The notes below the pieces were generated by a model, which saw only the letters and a program-made list of their open reading frames with translations, made no database searches and was not told the DNA's origin. A program made the translations under genes and the position numbers. From Lingula anatina (taxonomy: Eukaryota > Animalia > Brachiopoda), in contig CM120642.1 in assembly GCA_051362555.1 (NCBI GenBank), positions 13,144,001-13,208,000 on the forward strand: a stretch of 64,000 nucleotides of DNA, given 5' to 3'. Numbering within the stretch: position 1 is the first letter of the stretch; every line of letters starts with the position of its first letter. Shown in pieces: positions 38,201-47,503 of the stretch.

Positions 38201-41200
38201 TCAGTGTATCCAGCACAACCAGCTCCAGTTTCGAACCGACACGGTCCGCTGGCGTGCCTCGTAAGTCCATGCAGCTCATCAGAATGCTTTGTCATTTTGT
38301 ATTTTGACAACTTAGAATTTGATTTTTTTCATTTTATTTTATTTTATATTTTTTTTGCGATTTTGTTATAATGTTCTACACTTTGTGACTTCTGCTTCCC
38401 CTCAGGTGGCGCTGGTAACCTATTTGCATGTGAAGAAGAGCCAGACATGGACTTTAACTGGGACAGCCTTAGTGAGCTCCAGAGGAGAAACACCCTGTGC
38501 TTACCACACCTGAGGTCTGCGTACCCTCTCATTACACAGCCCCAGGACATCAGTGAAGACATGATGAGGTCTGGTCGACCCTCCAATGTCACCAGGTAGG
38601 CACAGGTGTCAGGTGTAAAGCTGTCAGCTTACTGTGTGAAGTGTTAGTTGAAAAAAAAAAACTGTGACAGTCTATTGTGAACTTGGTATTTTCTTTGTGT
38701 TGAGAATGTAGGTATTTAAATTTAAGTTGTACCGATCAAGTTATTTTCCACTTATTGTATTTTAAAGGTTCGTTGTTTGTCAAGTTATACAAAGCATGTT
38801 TTGTTAAGTTTATATCAAAACCAATATAAAATGTAATAATAATTCTATGAATTTGGTACACAGTCTGTTTTCTAATTCCAGTGAGAATCTACAGGGTAGC
38901 CTAGGTGGAATGTCCACTAGAAGTGGTAAAAAGAGGCAGTCTGGAGAACATGATGCCGGGGAAGACAGAAAGAAAGTAAGTCAGTTAGTAGGTCATATAC
39001 TGAATTCAATCTTTTTTTCATCTGCTTTATGTATATAATATGTGTTTATATCACAAACTCAGAAATATATTTTCCAAGTGGTTTGAAACAATTCTCCATT
39101 GATGTAGTGAATTTGACGTAAGAAGTTTGAAAATGTGCCTCGGATTTTTTTCCACTCTTCAGAAGATTGTCCCCATGTTATTTGTGCTGCAGAAATGAAA
39201 TGTTTTCTGCCTTATTTTAGTCAAAGACGGCTAAGCCATCTACCCCAGGGACCCCCAACACTGGGAAGAGGACACCACGCAGTGGACGAAAGTCAAGGAC
39301 TCCAAAAATAAGCCGAAACTGTCAAGAGAACAAGTCTCAGAAGGTCAGTCTAATGCTTTAAATTATCTCATCTTTTTATTTTTATAAAACTTGCTTGAAG
39401 CAATGCAGTTGAAGTATGAAAACTTCGATTTGGAAACCAATACTTTTCTGAGATATGAAAATCACCAGGGTTCTTTTTATAACCAATCTGTTCTTTTAAC
39501 ACTAATATAACATATCCTCAAACAGAATCTCTTAATTCTCAGAACATTAACATTAGACTCCTTTTTAACCCTTTATATGGCACCTTATGATGTTTCCTAC
39601 CATTTATTTTGACATCAAATACTGAACTTTTCTCCCTCATTTCTAGCTAAAGAGACAAACTGGAGCTATAGCTTTTAACATAGGATTTTCCCCAAAGGTG
39701 TCTGATAGAAAGAAGGGAAAGATTGGCTCCTCCAGAACTACACCAACCAGTCAGATCAATCAGGTAAAACAATTGATCACAATGTTTGAAAAGATTAACC
39801 CCAGTTGTGATGACAATCAGGCTATTAACCCTGCTTTGCTAGCCGTTAGTGGTAGAAATCTAACCAGTAGTTGCAGCCTTACCAGTAGAATGCTTTATGA
39901 TGGCCACCCTACTGATTATGTGGACAGTGCAAAGAAAAAAGGGCGTTCTCGCAGCTTGCCTTACAAAAGGAGAAAGAAGAAATGGGGGCCGGTTATCCCC
40001 ATTGAATTAGACCAGGAGATGGAAGATCAGCATGATGATGGAGCCATGGTGCAGGAAAAAATAAGACAAAAATCTGGAAGAAGTGAAAAGACGAGGGGAA
40101 ATGTTCAGGTGAAATTAAAGCAGTCGGGGCCCACTGTTACTGTGGGAGAGTCTAATGCTGAGATAAGGCCCCAGGAAATGACTCTGAATGAGTTTGGAAA
40201 CATTGCCAGTTGTTCCAGGAAGCCAAGCACAGAGGACAAGAACACAATGACTGAGGGTGTGCAGCCCCAGCCAGAGAAGAAGAGGAAAGTTGGGGTGGTA
40301 CGCCCAAGTCCTCCAGCCCAAGATGCAATTGGTAACATCACTGATACCAGGAGCAGGCCTGGTCCTGTCACTGACATGATGACAAGAACTGGTGACACTG
40401 GTCATCAGCAGGCTGATATTGTGAACAACGGCACGTACAGTCTTGCCAATCTGTTCCGATCTAATTACAGGGAAAACAGGCCTATCTCAAGGTTTGGTAG
40501 AGCTAGGACGGCCAGGAGAGCTGAACAGAGTGAGGGGCAGAACTAACTTGAGTAACTGGCAATGTTTGGTGTTTGAGATTCAATCTAGTTCATAGGACTT
40601 ACTCCTCGGATTGTTTATTCAGCTTTGAATAAAAGGATTCTTCCGTCTCTTTGGTCCTGTGAGGCAATTTACCACTTTTGTTGTTTGTATTAAGATTTTA
40701 TATTTTAATTATATTTTTTGATAGCAAAGTCCTTTATTTTTCTTTATCACTTTATGTTATTTTGTATTAAAGTTAAGCTGTGATATAGATGTACACTTTA
40801 CACATTAACATTCTCCTTGTTGTTTCTGATTTATATTTTTGGGTTTCTTCATCTGTCCTTTGACATGTCCTGTAATTCTAACATTGGAAAGTCACTTGAG
40901 TGTAATTTGGACCGGAATAAAAGAAGCTTTCTTCTGGTCAGTAGGATTGTTTACCCATTCGAGTGTCACCATTTCTGAAAAGATGCTTGCTTTCTAACAA
41001 TTACAAAATGACCAGTGGCTTGTAACTAAGTATACTAATAGGAGTAGTTTGTTGCAAGAGTTATGCATAATGGTTTGTGTGTTATAATTGAAAGCTTGAG
41101 CTTTGTATCATAACAGGAGATTCATTAGCATGTAGTAATGGAGCTCTCAACTGAAAGAACTTCATGAATATTATACTGACGTGAGGGTTCTTTTTTTTTT

Positions 41201-41910
41201 TTTAGCATTTTAGCACAACAGTATTTTTCAGATGATTAAATGAACAAAGCTCAATTTATATCGAACATTAAAAAAAAATTACCTAATCATTAATTATATG
41301 CAGATTTTCAGAAAATGTGATAGTAATTGGAAGTCCATTATACCTTTTTTCTTTATAAGCTCTGTATTTTTTTAACTGGGGTCAGCACATTGTAATAGCA
41401 CTTAAGCTTGTTTGAGGATGTTGTGGTTGTATGGGCCTAAGATAATACACAGTAATAAACTCTCTGTCTGGCCCCTTCCTCCACTGTCTTTCCTACTGCC
41501 AATATATTTCCCACCATTTTGTAGCCTTCAGAGTCCAAACGCTCCTTGAAGCTTTTCAGTAAGGTAAATCACTCGGAAGGTTTCTGCATGATGTGAAACC
41601 AGTTGTACTAACTTTGCCAAGGTTTTTAAGGATTGCATTAATCAATTTCAGTTTTATAAAGGGACCTTTCTTGGGATTTTTACTGTCTTGAATTTAATTT
41701 ATTTTCTCCTTATAGTGCTGGTGCCTATGTCAATGAAATTACTTTCCCTCTTCACAAATATTGCATTTTTATGCAAAGTGTATGCTGGTCAAGAAAAAGT
41801 GTCCTTAAAATGATTTGAGTGTATTTCTGAGTAAGGTACTAGTACTTGTAAAGAAAATGGAAGATTGCATGTTCTTAGTAATGCCACATCTTTAAAAAAA
41901 ATTACCTCTG

Positions 41911-41941
<31 letters not shown>

Positions 41942-42766
41942 AAAAAAAATCCATGATTGGTCCTTTTAAAACTATATATATATGTAATTCCTTGACAGGC
42001 AGGATTTGATTGCATGTATTGCATTTTCATGTTCTTTTGAGAATATTTCTAATCATAATTATTGAATGGCATTTTCTAGAGTATTTTGTGGATGTAAATT
42101 CTTATTCATAAAGGGCATGCACTAACTTATTATTGTTCATGCATGCGAAAATGTTCAAATAGAAACCACTCAATGACTAAGTATGTATGGAAGGAGGGGG
42201 ATAACTTAATTCTACCAGTTATTAAATTACTGGGAGTATAAATGGACAGGGATGAAAACTCAGCACAAGATAATTTATGCATGACTCTCTTCCCTTGTTC
42301 TGAGATGTTATACTCACTTTTCAAAATGGAAATGTTTTGACGTTCTGCATAAACAACTTGAAAGGCTCACACTAACACGTGAAATACTTGCCAAGATGCT
42401 TAACATGATTAATATTGTCTATGAAAAATGATAAACTGTGGTGATTATATTCCAATTTATCGCTGATTTGGTGAAATATTTGTTATTTGACTTCAACAGC
42501 AAAAAAAAGGGGGGGGGGTTCATTAGGCTGTAAAAATTTAATTTTGATGTGTTTTTATGTTTTAACATCAAGTTGTAAACAAGGGTTTTAATTCCCATAC
42601 TTTTTTTTTCTTTTTCAAGAAACAATCTTTAGCAGTATGATATTGTTAACAGAAGTCTCATGATATTTCTTGAACCATCTATCAAGATTCACAAGAAATT
42701 AGTAATTATGTTTTTTTTTTTTATTTCCAGGTGAAGAGAAAGCCTCTTGGAAGTTGGAATGCGTAA
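26319..42766 (+). CDS. NUMA1: Nuclear mitotic apparatus protein 1 (NuMA/Mud) orthologue, whole spliced CDS span
   Basis: 23 GT-AG exons join in frame to 5118 nt (1705 aa), plus two optional symmetric exons. N-terminus MDSGRAGALVEWVNS...ERLEFL...EIGKVVMLLLY resembles the NuMA Hook/CH-like domain; long coiled coil; QINSLEAQIEHANRQIREL; NLM motif CEEEPDMDFNWDSLSELQRRNTLCLPHLRSAYPL; KRQTGAIAFNIGFSPK. Confidence 0.9.
26542..26627 (+). CDS. NUMA1: NuMA exon (VNSIDGAPCIESLSQLNDGTLFIKLLEI)
   Basis: gaag| acceptor, |gtgagt donor; Hook/CH-like L..L.DG..F..LL pattern. Confidence 0.85.
26944..27103 (+). CDS. NUMA1: NuMA exon (…VEERLEFLNK…DEFEIGK)
   Basis: tctcag| and |gtaagt, phase-compatible with neighbours. 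Confidence 0.85.
27564..27756 (+). CDS. NUMA1: NuMA exon (VVMLLLYIAM…TQAALKDMLE…)
   Basis: ttgtag| and CAG|gtattg; end of the Hook/CH-like domain. Confidence 0.85.
28804..28932 (+). CDS. NUMA1: Possible NuMA cassette exon (Ser/Arg-rich, 129 nt, phase 1-1)
   Basis: aaag| and GAG|gtttgc, open in the correct frame, GC-richer than the flanking intron; weak acceptor. Confidence 0.5.
29389..29552 (+). CDS. NUMA1: NuMA exon (…SSSPQSPLKALVDSPQLAHK)
   Basis: Long pyrimidine tract + ccag|, AAG|gtaaga; resembles NuMA SPASPMGDILQTPQ. Confidence 0.85.
29910..29948 (+). CDS. NUMA1: Possible NuMA 39-nt cassette exon (MAAIDREKLKKQE)
   Basis: ttgtag| and GAG|gtgatg, phase 0-0, purine-rich and coding-like. 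Confidence 0.45.
30812..30935 (+). CDS. NUMA1: NuMA coiled-coil exon
   Basis: tgcag| and |gtgagt; RLLRQKEQEIKRLESLL. Confidence 0.85.
31121..31238 (+). CDS. NUMA1: NuMA coiled-coil exon
   Basis: ttctag| and |gtgaga; phase 1-2. Confidence 0.85.
31525..31630 (+). CDS. NUMA1: NuMA coiled-coil exon
   Basis: aacag| and GAG|gtgggt; phase 2-0. Confidence 0.85.
31817..32036 (+). CDS. NUMA1: NuMA coiled-coil exon
   Basis: tcgcag| and |gtatga; phase 0-1. Confidence 0.8.
32122..32200. repeat. (ATT)n microsatellite in a NuMA intron
   Basis: About 26 perfect ATT units. Confidence 0.95.
32410..34937 (+). CDS. NUMA1: NuMA giant coiled-coil exon (2528 nt)
   Basis: ttttcag| and CAG|gtgaat; E/Q/K/L-rich heptad pattern throughout. 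Confidence 0.92.
35206..35429 (+). repeat. Tandem duplication (94 bp, period 130) of a splice acceptor plus exon start
   Basis: 35206-35299 and 35336-35429 are identical except for one base, separated by 36 bp of unrelated sequence. Confidence 0.92.
35391..35462 (+). CDS. NUMA1: NuMA exon (DEFLNEADSKVMKYEEEIETAKKQ)
   Basis: ttgtag| and CAG|gtatat; 72 nt, phase 0-0. Confidence 0.8.
35668..35736 (+). CDS. NUMA1: NuMA exon
   Basis: tttcag| and ATG|gtgagc; 69 nt. Confidence 0.82.
35973..36116 (+). CDS. NUMA1: NuMA exon
   Basis: ctccag| and GAG|gtaggg; 144 nt. Confidence 0.8.
36483..36617. mobile_element. Small degenerate MITE-like repeat; partial second copy near 56095-56150
   Basis: Ends CAGGGAT / ATCCCTG; CTATCAG..GATTTCTGACTTTTT..AGCCAAA is shared with ~56115-56148; no clear TSD. 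Confidence 0.45.
36645..36741 (+). CDS. NUMA1: NuMA exon
   Basis: ttctag| and |gtaagt; phase 0-1. Confidence 0.85.
37169..37339 (+). CDS. NUMA1: NuMA exon, end of coiled coil (QINSLEAQIEHANRQIRELK)
   Basis: ttccag| and |gtgagg; matches NuMA QVRSLEAQVAHADQQLRDL. Confidence 0.88.
37652..37739 (+). CDS. NUMA1: NuMA tail exon
   Basis: gttcag| and AG|gtattt; phase 1-2. Confidence 0.78.
38118..38260 (+). CDS. NUMA1: NuMA tail exon
   Basis: ttccag| and |gtaagt; phase 2-1. Confidence 0.8.
38406..38595 (+). CDS. NUMA1: NuMA exon encoding the NLM (LGN/Pins-binding) motif
   Basis: GNLFACEEEPDMDFNWDSLSELQRRNTLCLPHLRSAYPL versus human CQDEPEQLDDWNRIAELQQRNRVCPPHLKTCYPLE (recalled from memory). Confidence 0.92.
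38882..38975 (+). CDS. NUMA1: NuMA tail exon (basic, NLS-like GKKRQ…RKK)
   Basis: ttccag| and AAA|gtaagt; phase 2-0. Confidence 0.82.
39221..39343 (+). CDS. NUMA1: NuMA tail exon with clustered TP CDK sites
   Basis: ttttag| and AAG|gtcagt; STPGTPNTGKRTPRSGRKSRTPK. Confidence 0.82.
39647..39763 (+). CDS. NUMA1: NuMA exon (LKRQTGAIAFNIGFSPK…QINQ), short form
   Basis: ttctag| and CAG|gtaaaa; resembles human RRQSMAFSILNTPKK. Confidence 0.8.
39764..40546 (+). CDS. NUMA1: NuMA alternative terminal extension (260 aa, read-through of the donor)
   Basis: Frame stays open for 260 codons past the donor in otherwise stop-rich AT-rich DNA; coding-like composition; AATAAA at 40628. Confidence 0.7.
   Translation, partial: VKQLITMFEKINPSCDDNQAINPALLAVSGRNLTSSCSLTSRMLYDGHPTDYVDSAKKKGRSRSLPYKRRKKKWGPVIPIELDQEMEDQHDDGAMVQEKIRQKSGRSEKTRGNVQVKLKQSGPTVTVGESNAEIRPQEMTLNEFGNIASCSRKPSTEDKNTMTEGVQPQPEKKRKVGVVRPSPPAQDAIGNITDTRSRPGPVTDMMTRTGDTGHQQADIVNNGTYSLANLFRSNYRENRPISRFGRARTARRAEQSEGQN
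41525..41563 (+). CDS. NUMA1: NuMA penultimate micro-exon (PSESKRSLKLFSK)
   Basis: ttttgtag| and AAG|gtaaat; 39 nt, phase 0-0. Confidence 0.6.
42731..42766 (+). CDS. NUMA1: NuMA last coding exon (VKRKPLGSWNA*)
   Basis: Strong poly-T/ttccag acceptor, TAA stop, AATAAA at 42797. Confidence 0.68.
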   Translation: MKRKPLGSWNA

Positions 42767-45700
42767 GAAGACTGGTGATGTACCCAAACCCCACAGAATA
42801 AAGAGCTTATCCCATCTCTGAAGTTTAAACAATGTATTAAATAATAGCTGAGTGCATAATGCTCAAGAGAAAAGGTTATTTAGACTGCATGGTATCAATC
42901 ACAATTTGCACTTTATGAAATGTTTAGTAAAGAAAATTTAAATGTGCCATGTGAAACACTTGATGGATCGCATGTGATTTATGATTTACTAATAGACACA
43001 GCATGTTTATCAATATAGGCACAAAGATGAATATTTTGTTACCAAAAACTCCTCTTTGCTTTAAGTATTTAGTGCAAGTATTATAGGGTCCAGCTCAATA
43101 CCAAATAAGGTGGTTAGGTCTAAAACATTTTAAAAGATACTTATTGTCCTGGTAATTAAGGATCCGAGTTAACACACATATTAAGTAATACTGTGGTGAT
43201 GGTTTATGTCTGTGTTTTATTCAGTTTGAGTAAAAAATGTATCATGTCATTGTAATATATACTTCCACCATTGTATTTGATATGGCAATTGTGTAGTGTG
43301 TATGTGAAGTGGAATCGAAAGAATGTATGATATGTATGTAATTACATATGTTTTGTTTATATGTAAAAAGAAAAGATTTGCATTGAAACCTGGGAGCTGA
43401 TTTCACATGCTGCCAGGAATTTCTTAATTTGAGGTTAAAATCAGGTCAGAACTAGCTTCTGATCATATTTTTCTTCTCTTATTTATCAAACTAGACCCAA
43501 ATCTAGACTTTGTGTGAAACCAACTTTTTTTCATGATAATTTGAAATGTCTTCGGGATGTATTGAGTGGTAATAGTGACATACTTGGTCATAGAACTTTT
43601 GAGTAATGACATTAATTTAGTTATATTCTTGTTATGACATTTGTACTTGGAGTTAAAAAAAGTGTCTTCACATTTGTAGAAATGGCATCATTGTCAAGTC
43701 CAGTAGAGTATAGGTGGGAGGTGGCTCTAGAGTAGAGGTGAAAGAAGATCTGAATTCACTCAATGGCTAATTTTGATTTTACTACATTATTAGGGGTGCA
43801 TCATGAAATATACATTTTCTGGTTCTTCTGGAAGTATCGAGTGACACGAGTTTTAATTTGGTTTTGGATATTGTTATGGAAAGAGGTTAGCATGTAACAT
43901 GGGGGTCAGCTGACATCACTGCAAATGGTATCAGGATCCAGATCAAATGTTGGTTAAAAACTCGTCTGTGCTCTTGAGAATAGTGTGATAGAACACAGTT
44001 TTGTAAATATGTGTCCTGTAACTTAAATCATTGTATGAATAGTAATTAAATGTATATTTGTTTAACATACCCTAATGTTTGTTATGATTTACTTTGCTTT
44101 CTATTTTCCTTAATGGAAAGCTTGTTGATATACAAGTGAAAATTACGTAGAATGTAGAACATTTCTCTAAAATATGTCTAGCAAGGATAAGATTGTTCTA
44201 AATTTTCTTCCTCTTTCACGTAAACATCCTTTGAAGAGGTCCGCGACAAAATGTTCAGCACCATTTTTACAAAAAGTTTGAAGACTAGAAAAGTGGACTT
44301 ACATAAATTCCATTGGCTTTGAAGTCCACTCAAACCATAAAGATTAAGGTTGCCAACTTTCCATGCCTATCAGTTTTTTAAAATACTGCTTGTAGTATTT
44401 GCATTTATAATTGCCAGAAAAAAAGTAAAAGTCTGATTATTTTAAATTGTGTGAAAAATGTGTCAAACATGAACATTTACCTTTTTATTAATTAAATCAT
44501 TGCTATTTCTGACTCAAAATTAAGTGTATTTCAGCATTTTCTATCTTGATATCTGAATTATTCCAGTAATGGTTTTCCCAAAATATTTATGACCATGTTG
44601 AGACATCTTTTTGAGACTTTGAATGTTTGACTTAATTTTTTAAGCTAACATGAAGCCAGTAAATTGTAACCAAAAGCTTGTTACATAAATTTTGTTATTT
44701 TTGGGTCAAGCATTTGTGAACAGTTTCATTGATGTGTTATAAGTCTGTACACTAAGTTCATTCAGTGAAAGTGTCTTGCAGTAAAATGGATACCACTGAG
44801 CCAGAATTTAAGTTCCTAATAATGGCAATTAAATGTTTTCACAACTGAACATTTCAGATCTAAACAAATTATTGTTCCAAACTGATTGAATTTTTTGGTG
44901 ACAATGCTTGGGGGGGTGGGGGGGGGGGGTTGCAGTTTTCTCAATTTCTCAATTATGTAAGAGAATCGACCTGGTTTTCCAGTAAAAGGTCAGCATTTTT
45001 GTAAGACTGTTTTAAAGGTCCTTTAAAAGTTTATTTGATTCATTTTGCCTGTGGAAGACGCCATGGCAAGTTAGATATAAGTTCTTGGAAAATTGGTACC
45101 ACCTCTTGATTTAGGGACATTCTTGGGTACTCCCATGGAAATTGAGATGTAGCTGGAATGCAAATCTCATCCTGTTTTAATTAACTTGGTAGGTACACCT
45201 TACATTAGTTCTTAATGAATTGTATTGATAAATCTGACTATCATCACAACAGTGTATATTCTACATAACCACAAAGTTTTCACAACTGTATTTGGTGTTT
45301 TGGGATGTATATTATATAATATATTACCTAATGATCTGATATCAATCCAACTATCCTATTGTTTGTAATGAAGACCTAAAACAACTTAATTTGATAGAGC
45401 AGATTTGTGATACTTATTCTGGTCAAGTGAAATGGCAAGCCATGACCTGTAATGTGGATAAATCTTATTTTGAGATGTGAAGAATGATTTCATGCTATCA
45501 TTTACAATAATGCACAGGAAATTCAAAGAGCCGCCCAAAATGCACTCAATGTGTGAAATGACTAGGAAAAGAAATAACACTGATGTTAATTCAGAACTTT
45601 TGATTCCACTTCTCTGTGGTGCTTTGAACTCTTTGGAGAAAATGCTGGAGGAGATATGCCATATATATAGGTAAGTGTATGTCGTTTACCTGTAATCACT

Positions 45701-47503
45701 TTATAGTATGACTTTTTTTTCTGAAATGCGAAAATTGTATATATTGAACTGTGTTATGTCAAAAAAATTATTAATTTTCATTTACCCAAACTAAAGACAA
45801 AATTATCAATTAAGGAAAATTCTTACCTTTTTGGTATGAAAACATAAGATGTAAGATGCAGTTTTCTCCCCTTATATATTGCTTTTCAAATTGTTTTAAT
45901 TTCTTGAGAAAATCATCAAGTAAAAATTCAAAGTTTCAGTTTATGTGGTATGAAGAGTTCAAGCACCTCTTGGACTAAGGTTTGATAAAGTATAAAATAA
46001 TTTTATAAGCTTATTTCAAATTGTTGAAAAATAGGCTTGTCATCCACAATCCATTGGAGGTTTGGTGCAGAAATCTTTTGCCTGGAGTATTTAGCTCATG
46101 TAAGCTAAATAAGCAAGAATTGCAATAGTGGTAAATAAGCCATTACTTCAAGCTAAGTCATTTTGGGGGCTTTTACTAACCCATATGACCTTATGTATTT
46201 TTAAGAGCAAACATGGGACTTAATGACATTTCAGATTACCTTAAACATAGGTTGTAGAGGTATTAACATGTCTATGTATCCTTTAATATTTACAAAACAT
46301 GGCACTGATAGTTAAATTCCCATGATGAATAAACTGCAAATGATTCCTATTGATAGGTCATAAATGTAAATAAGAAAGTTACAATTTGGTCATTAAGAAA
46401 CATTGTCAGCTTATTTCACAACTTAAAAATTAGTAAAGTAGAGATGACAGTTTTTATTCTCTTGAGTGGTGTGTACAGATGATTATGTCACATTAGAACT
46501 TCATAGAATTAAGTGGAGAAAAGAGGGAAAAGTTTTTTAATGCTAAAACGTAGTTGAGATGTTCATTGGTGGGGCTGGTCCAGGGAGATTAACCTGCCAC
46601 ATGGAACTGAGCTGGACTTGCTTTACCTGGGCAAGTGTGAATGCAGCTAGGGTTAATAGGCAATATTATGAAGTCGAGGTGCCAAGCTTGAGATAAGAGG
46701 AAGCATTACAGGAATAAATCACCATGAAGACATCTTTCCCTAATTGTAATGCAGAGTAGAGGGTTGATAAGTCAGGCGATGTGGTAGTAATACAACAGAG
46801 GTACTGGTGTGTGTGGGGGGGGGGGGGGGGGGGAGACTTGTACGATTAACCTTAAATGGGCTGAAAAAAGAGGGAGACACTATAGTGGGGTGATTTGAGA
46901 AAGGTTTAAAGGGAGGGGGCAGGTATGGCATATGTGTGCGATTTGGCAAAAAAAGAAAAGAGGTGTGACAGGAAGAGTTTGTGGTTCTTTGATGAGAGGG
47001 AGTAGGGCACACATTGTATATTACTTAGTGACATGTGAACAATTTGAACTTCGCATTGATCTTTGAACTTCATTTCCTACAAATTAGGTTATCTGTTATT
47101 GCCATTGAATACACAGCAAATAAAACATGATTTTCGATCAGTAGATTTTATTATTTTGGCTTGTGCCATACTTACAGATAATAATGAAAAATATGCAATC
47201 ATTATCATTTATTTCAAAACAGACATATTCAGATTAAAAGGTATTCTTTATGGAAATTACCTGCCAAATAAATTTGCCTCAGGGAAGGGGGGGGGGGATT
47301 TTTTCTTACTCACGCATCATTGGTCCATCCATTCCTGCAGTTGAATTCAACATTTCATTCCATTTTTAATTAAATGATTGAGTTCTAAATGATTGCCCAG
47401 TCAATTAAATGCCATGTCTTCCTGTACATTTCAGAAGAAACTATATATTAACATCTGCTACTTATGTTTGAATGGTTTTATATGTCTGAAATAGGAAAGA
47501 TAA

